Assembly (NCBI RefSeq): GCF_006345805.1 | Contig: NC_043004.1 | Location: 83,452,001-83,516,000 of the forward strand | From: Octopus sinensis | Lineage: Eukaryota | Direction: 5' to 3' | Length of the DNA: 64,000 nt | Part shown: piece by piece, positions 1-12,717 of the stretch | How the letters are laid out: each line of letters opens with the position of its first letter | Numbering within the stretch: the first letter of the stretch is position 1 | Made by a program: the position numbers and the translations under genes | The notes under the pieces: generated by a model | What the model saw: only the letters and a program-made list of their open reading frames with translations | What the model was told of the DNA's origin: nothing | Database searches by the model: none

Positions 1-575
1 CTTTAGAACAGATGAGGGGAATAGAATACCGTGAAATCTGGGAAATATGGTATATGAACTCCATACCGGAATATTCCGAGAATGACGGCTTGCTTTGCTG
101 GGAGGGAGATTGGTATATAGGAACACCCTTGTTCCTATTTGAATTAAGTAGCGGAAAAGTGACACAACACATCGGTTTTCCTGCTGTAGTGTTGAATGTG
201 ATACCGCATTTTGGTATCACTTCTTTCCATAATTTGTTACATCAAAAGCCTTTGATAAAGTTAAAGAAAACAAAGTACAGACGCTTATGATCTGCTATAA
301 CTGGCACATATGTAAATACATACCAATGATGTCACCACAATTGAGTGGAATGAGCAGTGTTTCTAACAAATATATTCCCGATAGACGTCTGAAGCACCAT
401 TACTCAACAGTGATTATTCGTTGGGTGTCTTCCTTCTCTGAAGACGTGAATAACGTTTTATGAGACATTAGGTGAGATGTCTTCTACTCTCGGTTTATAA
501 CAACAGTGTATGAATGTTAAGTGTTACTTATTCACTTCCAAGTCTTCCTATTACAGCTAATATTTTACTGAAGTT

Positions 576-778
576 AAGGCGACGACCAGGCCGGGCGAAA
601 TGCTTAGCGGTATTTCCTCTGCCGCTACGTTGTGAGTTCAAATTCTGCCGAGGTCGACTTTGCCTTTCATCCTTTCGGGGTCAATAAATTAAGTACCAGT
701 TACGCAGTGGGGTCGATCTAATCGACTGGAGCCCTCCCCAAATTTTTTGGGCCTTGTACGTAGAGTAGAAAAGAATAT
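576..778 (+). mobile_element. tRNA-derived SINE family A, short (type-1) tail
   Basis: Head ..ccgggcgaaatgcttagcggtatttc.., B-box-like gagttcaaattc, body gaggtcgactttgcctttcatcctttcggggtc, tail ccctcccc..ggccttgt..tagagtagaaaagaat; more than 15 related copies in the window. Confidence 0.85.
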
Positions 779-3020
779 TTCACTGGATTTGAGTCTCTGT
801 TCCTTTGAGAAAAGCTTTCCTTTTTCAGTCTTTGCATGTCACGTAGTGCAGTTAAATTATTCATTATTGATGTTTCTCCGTTAATGTCCCTGCAATTATT
901 TCTTTGTTGCGCAGTCACAATTTAAGCATCAATCATTTTTACTTCTTTTCCATCACCTGTTGACACTTGTATATTACGTCATGAATTTTGCTTTGTATTT
1001 TATAATGAAAATCATCCAACATACTACACACGGTGTGTAGAATAGCAGTGAGCAAATATTTCAATTACAATTAGCAGATAATATCTGTATTTTAAAATCT
1101 TTGGTCTGAATTGTTTTCTGCTTTTGTTCTTTTCTAACACCTGACATTGTTCTTCGTTGCAGGTGTATGTTTATAGATTACCACATTTGATTCCTAGAAA
1201 ATTTGCCTTCCACAGTTATTACATAAGTCATTTAGGCAGCCATATAAAGCGTCTCTTTCATTGCCAGCCAATTACACTCAACATGTATCGTTGACCATTA
1301 CAATTTCCGATATTATTATTTGCTAATAAATATTTACTCTAATGATTATGAAATGCTTATAGGAAATGAAATCTTACTCTAAACTTCAAATTCCTCTATG
1401 TCATTTATTCATTACAGACATTTTCTCACCAGTCATTATATAATTACATTCTATTGGTATCATACCATCATTTGAATATTATAATTTTTAAATAAACAAG
1501 ATAGCCTTTAGTGTAAACGGATTCCACGTTTATTATTAACGAATGTTTTCGTTAGATATATATGAATTTATGCATTCATTCTGTTCTCAGAGTTTGTTTT
1601 ACTTGCTATCGCTGCTTTCCTTTCTGTCGGCGTGTTTGTTATTATTTTTGTGGGGAATGGCCGTTTTTTATAATGTCTTATTATATAGATCCACCAGTAG
1701 TCGTTTTCTCAACATGTTTCATATATTTAATTGCTAATATTTCAGTGTCTCTACAGCAGGAGTTAGAATTGTTTAAACGTCGGGCAAAGTACTTGATGCC
1801 ATTTCGTTCGTCTTCATTTTGAAATATCACTGAGGTCGACTTAATCTTTCATCCTTTTGGTGTCTATAAATAAGTAGAAGCTGAATTTACCTCCTCCGAC
1901 GAAATTGCTGGCTTTGTACCAAATTTGAAACCAATAGTTTAGTAGCTCTTACTTCAAACTTATATGAAGCATAGCACGGTCATATAGTTTTAATTCGATC
2001 GACAGCTCTGTAATTTCGTTTTCAATTCTCCATGCAGTACCTTCGTGGCCGTTATTTAGATAGAGTTTTCATTAAGTACATGTATAAGTTGGTGTATATC
2101 TAATCGATGTGAAGCTCTCCTCGAAATTATTGGTTTCGGAACAAAATTTAAAACCATTTGCACAGTAGAAATCTAGCGGAATTGATAGCGTACTCGACAA
2201 ATCTATTTGTGTTTTGAGTTAAAATACCAACGCTGCAAATTTTACATTTTAACTTTTACGTTCGATAAAATAAGTACCAGTTGTGCACAAAGTTCGATGT
2301 AATCAACTTACACTCCCATCAAACTTACTAGCGTTGATGTATTAAAACCTTCCGTTTTATAGTAAATATTTCAGCATTTGTAACCTCCTTACTAGAAAAC
2401 GCTGGTATGGTTAATTTTGCCTGACAGCTATGTAGATTCAGTTTCGACTCTTCGCATATCACATTCTATAAATGTCTTCTCGCATAAGAAAATCGTATAA
2501 GAAATTCTTTGGGCAGAAAGCTTCGGATTTCATCGGTTGCAGCATTTTCATTTTCATAATGGAAACTCAGCTGCACTCACTTGAGTGACTTTGACTGATT
2601 ACACTCTGTTAGTAGGTTTTATTTTCAAAACTCCCAAAGGCGCTTTGATTCCAGCTCTAAGAAAAAAATAAAGGTGGCCACTACATTGCTAGAATTAGTA
2701 ACACATTCTCTCTCGAATTTAGAATTAGTAACAAATTCTCTCTCGAATTATCCTCTTCTTAGAAAGGACACCTTATACACATTAATAAGAGATATAAATT
2801 AATAGTCCTGTCAGGAACAGAGAGGATGTTTAGAACGGTGATAACATGTTTAAAGAAAAGTAGCCGTAAGCATCTACACACTACTATATACACACTAGCA
2901 CACATGGGTATGGACAGGTGTATAACGTTTTCATTTTTCCTACACCAAACCATGTTATGCTTATATCCAGGCAACTAAACCTAGACACACATATATACGT
3001 TACATACATACACACGCAAA

Positions 3021-3070
<50 letters not shown>

Positions 3071-3080
3071 ATATGTGATT

Positions 3081-3532
3081 GCTTTTGTTAAGCAGTGTCG
3101 ATTTTTACAATTCTGTAAATAATAACAGAATTTTATATGCTTAAAGGTTGTAAGCGATCATTGCGCAATGACTAAAGAAAATCGTCTAATAATGAGGCAC
3201 ATAAATCCCCTCGACGGAAAATAAAGTAGGTTTTCTCGTACGCGTGAGACTCGAACCCACACATATTCGTTTCGCGACAAGTGTGCTAGCCATTTACACC
3301 AACGAACAACCTGCTACTTTCCATCAGATTTAAGAACTACAATTAGTTCGTAGTATTGGTTTTGTCAACAAACTTTCACGTCCTTTTACTGCGATGGCTT
3401 TTGTTAAGCAGCGTCGATTTTTACAATTCTGTATATACTAATAATAGTATTTTATAAGCTTACAACTTATAAACGATTATCCTGCAATCTATATAGAAAA
3501 TGGTCTAATAATGGGGCATATAAGCCCTCGAC
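3081..3532 (-). repeat. Two ~135-bp direct repeats (3081-3215, 3397-3532) flanking a tRNA-like module (3236-3307, minus strand)
   Basis: gcttttgttaagcag.gtcgatttttacaattctgta...cctcgac occurs twice. The minus strand between them has A-box tggtgtaaatggc, B-box ggttcgagtc and T-stem gtggg/ctcac. Confidence 0.7.
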
Positions 3533-3555
3533 AGTCAAACGCTATTACAATGAAG

Positions 3556-4713
3556 TATCAGGCTGTAGCAAAAGTTAGATATATATGTGTTTAACTTCTT
3601 AATTCTATTTGAAATACTTCTTTCATTTTATTTCATTCTTTGTTAATTTTTAAACTGAAGTTTTTGTATTGGCCTCATGTTCACGCCAAACAAAGAACAT
3701 ATTCGTCAGGTTATTCTTTGTGAATTTCAAAGGGGGATTTGTGCAGGTGTATAAGCAAAATCGCCCCAGACCATTTATGGTGATAGTGTAGTGTCTAAAA
3801 GAAGATACAGAAGATGGTTCACACAATTCAGAAAAGGAGACTATAGCCTGCAGAATGAATTAAGAGAATGGCACTCAACAGTATTTGATTCCTGAGCAGT
3901 GGAAGTCACTGTTCGTGAACTAAGCATGCCACCATTCACCGTGAATTGAAAAGGCTTTGTAAAGCGTTAATGTTGGGAAATGGTTCCTGCATGATCTCTC
4001 TGCAGACAATCGCAAACAATATGTATACTACTGTGGATCATTGTGACTTTGTGAGTTGGAAATGCATTTTTGTTAACGAAGTCCTTACTGGAGATGAAGA
4101 CCGGATACTTTACCATAATGTTAAGGGAATATGTCAGTGGCTCAGTCGTAGTGAAGAGCCAGTTTTAGCAGCCTTGAAGGGGCCTGTAACCAAGGAAGAT
4201 TATTCTGAGTATATGGTAGGATATGCGTGGAACAATTCATCACGAGCTGCTTGACAATAATCAAATCATAACAATCAATGCATACGACCAACAGTTAACA
4301 TGTTTAGAAGCAGCTTTGCAACAAAAGCGTGCACCATTAAGGGGTAATTTTTCGTCATGATAATGCATGACTTCCCACCGCACAAAAGACCAGCGATCTT
4401 GATAAATATACTTGGGAAATTATGCATCAACCACCATATTCTCCGGACCTAAAGCCTTCAGGTTACCTTCTCTTCACAAGTTTGAAAAATCATTTGAGTA
4501 GGTTAAGACTTGCTTCAAGCGCAGAGGTTGAAAACTAGTTAATTCCCTTTTTCACTTCTAAACCTGAGGCATTTTGTGAACGTGGAATTGACAGGCGGAA
4601 AGTGGTCATAGAGAAGAATGGTGACTATACTATCGATTAAATAAATCAGGTGCTGTCTTTTTATTGATTAATGGGTCTTAAAAAATGGACAGAACTTTCG
4701 TTGCCACCTGATA
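3556..4713 (+). mobile_element. Degenerate mariner (DD34D-type) transposon with imperfect TIRs
   Basis: Remnants LTGDEDRILYHN (cf. VTGDEKW..Y.N), catgataatgca (HDNA) and caaccaccatattctccggaccta (PPYSPDL). Ends tatcaggctgtagcaaaagtt / aactttcgttgccacctgata. Multiple stops and frameshifts. Confidence 0.8.
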
Positions 4714-6424
4714 CAATGTCACAAAGTCATACAATGCTCCCGAAATTGCAGTAAGAACCACTGTTTACGTATTTAGTTAGCTCTTTGCTTTTCTTTAGGA
4801 AATTTACTTCAGTGTAACTTCATCTCCCTTTAGAAAATTTACTCGAGTGTAACTTCACGTCGTACTCTTATCTTCATCCTGAAATGGTATTTTCAGTGTC
4901 GGCCGGAGTTTTTGCCTGACATGAAATCCTATCTTCAAAAATTCTTCAGACATATCCTACCAGAAACCTCATTCACAGTAGCCAGTATGCAAAGCTTTTC
5001 CGTGCAAAATGTGGGTCGGTCTTTAAGAAAGACTCACCTCATTGTTGGCAAGATAGCTCACTAAAGTTAATATAAATTTCCTATTTTGACTACACGCCAG
5101 TAATAATAATGTCATTTTCTCCTCTATCGAATGAATTACGTGTTTATAGCAAACGAAAATATGAATGGAAACTGTATTTTCTTTTATTTATCTTAAGCTA
5201 TCTATTAAATCATTGAATTAATTTTGCAGACGATGAAATTTTCATCGTTGTTGTCATTCACGTAAGCAGTTGACTGTTCGGTATTCATTAAATGAGAAAG
5301 CGATAGACAGATATGGCTAAAAATATATATTCGCCGTCCTCCATATGCTAGGATGAGGTACTTTGAAGCCACACTACGTTGATGCATACTATATGTGCCT
5401 TCATATTAGTGTATTCTCTTATTTTCCCTGTCACCGTTCCATGTAATGAGAAGATTAGGTCTGAGTGTAGAAGGAGCAAACGAGAGTGTTGTATCTTATC
5501 AGCGGAAGAATACAAGTGATAAGTGAATAAATCATAATATAGTAAGATCGTCTGAGAGATAACTGATGAGCCCTAAGTTACACCCAATTTGGTAAGATAA
5601 CAAGGAGAATGCAAGGGTAAGGGGGACAGGGATGTGGACGACAGAAAATCGAGTAAGTCTATGTGGGGGTGTAGCATTAAGTACATATTTTATGATAGAA
5701 CAATCATGATAAAATACAAGCAATGGAATCTCACAGTTAAACGCGTTTATCTAAATTATTTCATATTGAGACACCCAGGAAATACTTATGAGGTCAGAGG
5801 CAAAGTATTTTTATTGTGCAGATGTAATATTTGTGACTGGAGCAACAGATTCAAGACACTTTACAAATATATCACACACGACGTTGATGAAGAAGATCTT
5901 GATCAGCTGCCGAGAAAAACGAATGCGATAGCGTGTGTAAACGTTGTAATGGTGTTGCTCAAAGCTATCTGGGAACTGATGTGTCGTTTGAGAATTAATG
6001 ATGCTGAAATTATGTTCTCGTGCACGAATAAACATCTTGAACAGCAAATGATTGCTTAATTCAGTGAATACTTGAACGGTTTGGAAGATAACAGAATAAC
6101 AATAGTCTCATTTGATAACGATGTAAACGTGGTAGAGTGATAATGAACAACAGCTTGCGGAAATAATTTCATTTCAAGTCTTATTCTCATGCGTGTACCG
6201 ACGTTCCGAGTTCAAAAACTGAAAGATTTGTGTTCAACTTGTCTTCCTTCGCGTTCGCTGATAGAAGAAAAAATAATTGGGCACAAGTGAAGTGAGATCA
6301 TGTCAAATGCGACACTTCTGTACAAAATTGGCGCCTGACGGAAAAACTGGATAACAAAATGATTCACTCGAAAACAAAAAATTACTTCCTTCTCTCGGAA
6401 AACCTTCCCAAATCCTGAGCAACA

Positions 6425-6528
6425 TTCTTCTTCTTCTTCTTCTTCTTCTTCTTCTTCTTCTTCTTCTTCTTTCTTCTTCTTCTTCTTCTTCTTCTTCTTC
6501 TTCTTTCTTCTTTCTTCTTCTTCCTCTT

Positions 6529-6624
<96 letters not shown>

Positions 6625-6652
6625 TGTATATATATATATATATATATATATG
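6425..6652. repeat. Compound microsatellite (TTC)n-(ATT)n-(TA)n
   Basis: Read directly from the sequence. Confidence 0.97.
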
Positions 6653-7058
6653 TGCAATATATGTATATATGTATGTGTGTATGTAAGTATGTATATATGT
6701 ATGTACATATGCGTGGACAGATCTTTTAACAGGCATCAACATTACCTTCTTCACTCCTAACGCCCGTATGTTCTAACAATGTAATTTTGCCAAATACAGT
6801 TGATTTCATATTCAATGCTCCGAAAAAGCTTTATGATGTTACTCAGACACTCAACTAAGAGACCATAACTTACAGTAGAAACAACTGCAAGCTAATGATA
6901 TTCATAGCATAACCTTTGTCGGTTTTATTATCCCTTTGTCCCTATTGCCACTCGATGCTCATCAAACATTGTTTTCTGGACTATTCGTATACTGAATTCT
7001 ACACCAAGCTTTTAGCCTCGCTATGCCTAAGCGAGATATTCCATATATATATATATAT

Positions 7059-7493
7059 AAATGGATGAATGAATTATCCTTTGTTTACCGTTAACATGGA
7101 AAATTCAATAAACAGTTACCAGGGTAGCAAAATTCACGCAAGTAACATGGATGAAACGATCTATTCAAAGGTAGAAACTCCGGGTTAACGCGCAGTAATT
7201 TGTGTAGTATAAGTAAATAAACGGAGTTAAACGCAGATGTTATTAAAATTCTTTTACTTTCGACATGTGTTTCGAAGAGGACATTGGTTTTATTCGAAAG
7301 GAATAAACGTGTAAAATGGAATCTTCACATCAGGAAAGAATGTCTTGTTGTTGAGATAGGCTCTCTTTCTTTCCTGATGAGAAGATTGCATTTTACATTG
7401 TTTATTCCTTTGGAATAATACTATGTTGTCTTCGAAATATATGTCGAAAGTAAAAGAATTTTAATAAAATCTGCGTTCAACTCCATTTATTTA

Positions 7494-7499
<6 letters not shown>
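7059..7499. mobile_element. Penelope-like terminal repeat (pLTR) as an inverted pair (arms 7208-7339 and 7368-7499)
   Basis: The arms are imperfect reverse complements and each carries a hammerhead motif; both outer ends abut (TA)n. Confidence 0.75.
7369..7450 (+). ncRNA. Type-I hammerhead ribozyme motif
   Basis: ctttc-CTGATGA-gaaga..tcttc-GAAA-tatatg-TC-gaaag. Stem I 5 bp, stem II 5 bp, stem III A-U plus U.G with loop atat. Confidence 0.75.
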
Positions 7500-7561
<62 letters not shown>

Positions 7562-7572
7562 CTTCATTCATA

Positions 7573-7650
<78 letters not shown>

Positions 7651-7695
7651 TACTACTACTATATATATATATATATATATATACATATATATATT
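7496..7695. repeat. (TA)n-(ATT)n-(ACT)n-(TA)n microsatellite cluster
   Basis: Read directly from the sequence. Confidence 0.97.
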
Positions 7696-8603
7696 GTCAT
7701 TCATTCTTATTGCCATTGTTACTTCTCAGTGATCCTGTATAGGTTGATACATTGAGATAGCATGAGGGTTTGAATGGTTTTCAAAAGCATAGTTCACCAT
7801 TTGTCTGCCCGGGGCATTTCCGCTTATTTGTTCAAACATTCATCTCTTTGTTTCAAGCACTCCTTTCATAATTTTCCTCTTCCTGTGGTGGTTGAAACAA
7901 AATGGATGTTTCTATCATACATGATGAATGTATGCCTGAAAAATATGTCCGGTATTTCACTTGTGATATACAGGATAGACAAATTTTTATATGTCGGCTG
8001 AGGAGAGGCGAATCACTTAAATCTATATTTAAACATTCATTTCTACATTTCTAGACTACAACGTTTGTAACGTTTTCGCTGTCAACATTTGATTTTGTAA
8101 ACGTACACAACTCTGATCCTTCTCATTTCAATGCATTTGACGTTGTGCTCCAGCCCGTCATGGAGGCCCCATGGATGTCATCTCAAATTCAGTTTGGAAA
8201 AAAAAACTAAAATTAGAGGAACGCATTCTTCACACGGGGACACATATGATTATGCACCCCCACCCAGATAAAATAGAATAAGCTTTTCGTGCGTGATTTA
8301 AGGCATATTTAGCTGTTGTTTTTAGCACTCTGAATAAGGCATATAATTTAAGCATTTAATAAGCGAAAAATACGAAACTCTAGTAAGCAGTTTGGCTTAT
8401 TATTTTGGAAACAGGATTCTATATGTCCTGTGGCTTTCGATTATTAACATTATCAAAAATGCGCAAATATAAAGGTTATTGACTCATTATTTATTGATTT
8501 ATGATGAAAAGGAATTTCCTGTCAATCATTACTTTACAAAACTTCACCAATACACAAAGTATGACATCATTTCCAAAAATGATTAAAGAAATTAACAATT
8601 GGT

Positions 8604-8816
8604 AGCGAGCTGGAAGAAACGTTAGCACGCCGGGCGAAATGCCTAGCGGTATTTCGTCTGCCGTTACGTTCTGGGTTCAAATTCCGCAGAGGTCGACTTT
8701 GCCTTTCATTTTTCAGGGTCGATAAATTAAGTACCAGTTACGCACTGCGGTCGATGCAATCGACTTAATCCGTGTGTCTGTCCTTGTTTGTCCCTTCTGT
8801 GGGTAGTAAAGAAATA
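8604..8816 (+). mobile_element. SINE family A, long (type-2) tail, with 17-bp TSD
   Basis: Head agcgagctggaagaaacgttagcacgccggg; tail tgtctgtccttgtttgtcccttctgtgggtagtaaagaaata. Flanked by gaaattaacaattggta (8588-8604) and gaaatttacaattggta (8817-8833), one mismatch. Confidence 0.88.
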
Positions 8817-8835
8817 GAAATTTACAATTGGTACC

Positions 8836-8935
8836 AAACATAAAAGATCCGGAACAAGATCTGGAGTGTACGGGCTGTGAAGTAGATAGTTACCAGCATG
8901 GGATTTTGAGAAGCAGTATTTACTAGGGTGTAACA
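8836..8935 (-). pseudogene. Small mariner transposase fragment
   Basis: Minus frame LLHSPYTPDLVPD resembles mariner LPHPPYSPDLAPSD. Confidence 0.5.
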
Positions 8936-9344
8936 AGTAGTTTAGTAGGGTGTGTTTCAGTAGTCTGCTACAATTTGAAATTTAAAAAAAAATGTTGACA
9001 GATCATATTCTTAAGGGTGTACTAACGATATACTAAAATTAAAATGAACTATGGCATTTTTACTGTTTCTTATACAAAGTCTGGAATGCACCTCAGGTTT
9101 CTAAAATATACCGGTTGAGAGTCTATGAAAGAGACCCTACTGAGTCTAAGCAACGAGTTACACTAAAACATTATGACTATGAATGTTTGGAGAGAAGTGA
9201 CTTTCCTCATTAATGCTAACACCTGCTGTACATTAACATTAATCTTTAGGAAATATATTATAAATAATGGTAAAAGCTAAAGTCATTCAAACAAATCTAG
9301 ACTTGTAGAAGTAGTTGTAGTAGTGAACGCTAAATATTAGAAAT

Positions 9345-9386
<42 letters not shown>

Positions 9387-9536
9387 ACAAGGCACAGACG
9401 GCAGGCGTGCAAACGATTCTGCCAGTTCACCACCTTAAGTCTGGGTCGCTATCATACATTTAAGTAGCGAATCTGTTCTTCTGCCGCTGTCTATGTACAT
9501 GAAGTCAAAAGTTTTCACCCATTAAATAAGCTCATA

Positions 9537-9537
<1 letters not shown>

Positions 9538-9618
<81 letters not shown>

Positions 9619-9662
9619 TAATAATAATAATACAACTACTACTACTACTGCTACTACTACTG

Positions 9663-9704
<42 letters not shown>

Positions 9705-9750
9705 TAATAATAATAATAATAATAATAATGATGATTATTATTATTATTAT
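9538..9750. repeat. (AAT)n-(ACT)n-(ATT)n microsatellite
   Basis: Read directly from the sequence. Confidence 0.97.
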
Positions 9751-10301
9751 TGAGTGAGAGAGCAGTTCATGCCATCAAAGTGACACTGAGGTAAAATATA
9801 CGAAGCCCAATATACCCATCATGACTACCCATCTGATAAAGGTACACCAGGCACATGCATCACAACCATATGTGCGCGACATGGTGATCTCATATCAATA
9901 TAAACAGCACATGACCTTGCAGGTGGGGCCCAGTTAGAATTTTCTTCAGGTTGAGTAGCCCATCCCGCTCAAAAGGTCCCTGAATAAGGGTTGTTTAAGG
10001 ATGTTGAAAGAACCACCCATGTTTCCAGAGGTGAACTATTCAAACCCCAAAGAATCCCTCTCAACACATGGCTATGATGCTCCCCCACTACTTCTGCTCG
10101 TGATCAGAGATGCACATATCGTCAGCCACTAAGGGACATGCTCAACTGGTTAAGGTCAAACAACTGACAAGCAAATCTGTGGTATTGAGCAGAATATTTG
10201 CTGTAGCCCATCTTTTATACCAAGACAAAACAATGTACATGATAACACTTCCAATCAGTTAAGATCAGAAGCCATGAGAGCCACTGCCTGGTACTGCATC
10301 A
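9751..10301. mobile_element. Unclassified ~550-bp interspersed repeat embedded in (ATT)n
   Basis: Homologous reverse-orientation copies at 10345-10829 and 31387-31847; no ORF, TIR or tRNA head seen. Confidence 0.8.
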
Positions 10302-10344
10302 TATTATTATCATTATTATTATTATTATTATTATTATTAATATT

Positions 10345-10829
10345 ATTGGAAGTGTTATAATGTACAATGTCGTCTTTCTAGTAAAAAATATACAGCAAAT
10401 ATTCCGTTCAATACCACAGATTTTCATGTCAGTTGTTTGATCATAACCAGTTGAGCATATCCCTTAGTCACTGAGGATATGTGCATCGCTGATCATGAGC
10501 AGATGTAGTGGGGGAGCATCATAGCCAGTGTTGAGTGGGATTCTTGGGGGTTTGGATAATTCTTCTTTGGAAACATGTGTGTTTCGTTCAACATCCTTAA
10601 ACAACCCTTATTCAGGGGCCTTTTGAGCGGAATGGGTTACTCGACCAGAAGAAAATTCTAACTGGGCCCACCTGCAAGGTCATGCACTGCTTATCTTGAT
10701 ATGAGATCATCACGCCGTGCACATACTGTCCTGATGCATGTGCCGGGTGTACCCTTATCAGATGGGAAGTCATGATGGGTATACTGGGCTTCGTATATTT
10801 TACGCCAGTCTCACTTTAACGAGCATGCA
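10345..10829. mobile_element. Diverged inverted copy of the ~550-bp repeat
   Basis: Reverse complement of most of 9751-10301, e.g. ttctaactgggcccacctgcaaggtcatg versus catgaccttgcaggtggggcccagttagaa. Confidence 0.8.
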
Positions 10830-11183
10830 ATGGTGACGATGATGAGTAGGATGATTATGGTAGTGGTGGTGGTGGTGGTGGTGGTAGTGCTGGTGGTGGT
10901 GATATTGATGTTTGAACCTATAATGTTTATATTTGATAAGAATGCCCAAGCATTACAAGAGTTGGCATAATAAAAGGGATACGAAACGAGGGCATGTGCA
11001 GACATTCTCTCTCACGCATACAGAATCATATATTCACATGCAAACATGAACACATATATATTTATATATGCATATATATATATATATATATATAGATAGA
11101 TAGATAAATAGATAGATAGATATATCGACAGATATATTGATACATAGATAGATATATGTATACATATATACATGCATATATAT

Positions 11184-11218
<35 letters not shown>

Positions 11219-11506
11219 CGTAATAATGAAGGGTGAAATTAATTAATTTGGAATAATTATCAATTACACCAAGTAGTCTTCGGCATGTAAAAGCCTCATT
11301 CGAGGAAAATTTAAGTAATACTAAGCAATAAAGGGTTTAGCAACGAATTGCCTTACCACATACCGAATTTAGAAATAGCAGTCAAAGAGTTATAGCTATT
11401 TCTTCTACTAAAAAGGGAGATCTCAGTAAAAACAGCAATTGGAAGGCAGACACAAACAGGTAAGAGAGAATGAATTGACGGCAATCTATCATACAATTTT
11501 AAGTTA

Positions 11507-11606
11507 TCTACGGACGTACGTTTCGAAATCAAGTTTTTAGGAAAGCATAAGAATTAAATATTAAATAATTCTATCTCACCAAAACTTCTTTTCTCTTCAG
11601 CGTAGA
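11507..11606 (-). ncRNA. Type-I hammerhead ribozyme motif (inverted copy)
   Basis: Reverse-complement copy of the motif at 11828-11927, with core CTGAAGA/GAAA/GTC intact. Confidence 0.8.
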
Positions 11607-11827
11607 ATACTATAATCATAAATGATTATATATTGAATTTTGAGATACTAGAAGGCACCAACTCAACTCAGTATCAGAGCGAGCTAGAATCCGCAACTAG
11701 TATCACCAAATTCAATGTTTGAATGAAAAGATTGTGTCACCAGCCCCTTCCCACCCGCGATACTGAGTTGAGTTGGTGCCTTCTAGTATCTCAAAATTCA
11801 ATATATAATCATTTATGATTATAATAT

Positions 11828-11927
11828 TCTACGCTGAAGAGAAAAGAAGTTTTGGTGAGATAGAATTATTTAATATTTAATTCTTATGCTTTCCTGAAAA
11901 CTTGATTTCGAAACGTACGTCCGTAGA
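11828..11927 (+). ncRNA. Type-I hammerhead ribozyme motif
   Basis: tctacg-CTGAAGA(11834-40)-gaaa..tttc-GAAA(11910-13)-cgtacg-TC-cgtaga. Stem I 6 bp, palindromic stem III; predicted cleavage after 11921. Confidence 0.85.
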
Positions 11928-12418
11928 TAACTTAAAATTGTATGATAGATTGCCGTCAATTCATTCTCTCTTACCTGTTTGTGTCTGCCTTCCAATTGCT
12001 GTTTTTACTGAGATCTCCCTTTTTAGTAGAAGAAATAGCTATAACTCTTTGACTGCTATTTCTAAATTCGGTATGTGGTAAGGCAATTCGTTGCTAAACC
12101 CTTTATTGCTTAGTATTACTTAAATTTTCCTCGAATGAGGCTTTTACATGCCGAAGACTACTTGGTGTAATTGATAATTATTCCAAATTAATTAATTTCA
12201 CCCTTCATTATTACGGATAACCATATTTTATCTCAGTAGATGACCACAGCATCTTGTTTTGGCTACACGCGGGTGGGAAGGGGCTGTTGACACAATCGTT
12301 TCATTCAAAATTGAATTCGGTGATACAGTTGCGGATTCTAGCTCGCTCTGATACTGAGTTGAGTTGGTGCCTTCTGGTATCTCAAAATTCAATATATAAT
12401 CATTTATGATTATAGTAT

Positions 12419-12524
12419 TCTACGCTGAAGAGAAAGAAGTTTCGGTAAGATAGAATTATTTAATATTTAATATTTAATTCTTATGCTTTCCTTAAAACTT
12501 GATTTCGAAACGTACGTCCGTGGA
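12419..12524 (+). ncRNA. Type-I hammerhead ribozyme motif (tandem copy)
   Basis: tctacg-CTGAAGA(12425-31)..tttc-GAAA(12507-10)-cgtacg-TC-cgtgga, with a G.U in stem I; predicted cleavage after 12518. Confidence 0.8.
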
Positions 12525-12717
12525 TAACTAAAAAAATGTATGATAGATTGCAGTTAATTCATTCTCTCTTACCTGTTTGTGTCTGCCTTCCAATTGCTGT
12601 TTTTACTGAGATCTCCCTTTTTTAGTAGAAGAAATAGCTATAACTCTTTGACTGCTATTTCTAAATTCGGTATGTGGTAAGGCAATTCGTTGCTAAACCC
12701 TTTATTGCTTAGTATTA

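Noticed and set aside
12-290. 92-aa ORF at the window start
   Set aside because: No motif recognised on either strand, so no product can be supported.
436-470. CTGAAGA followed by a short hairpin
   Set aside because: No GAAA after stem II.
7797-7935. Minus-strand segment with acceptor- and donor-like ends
   Set aside because: All three frames contain stops and no product is recognisable.
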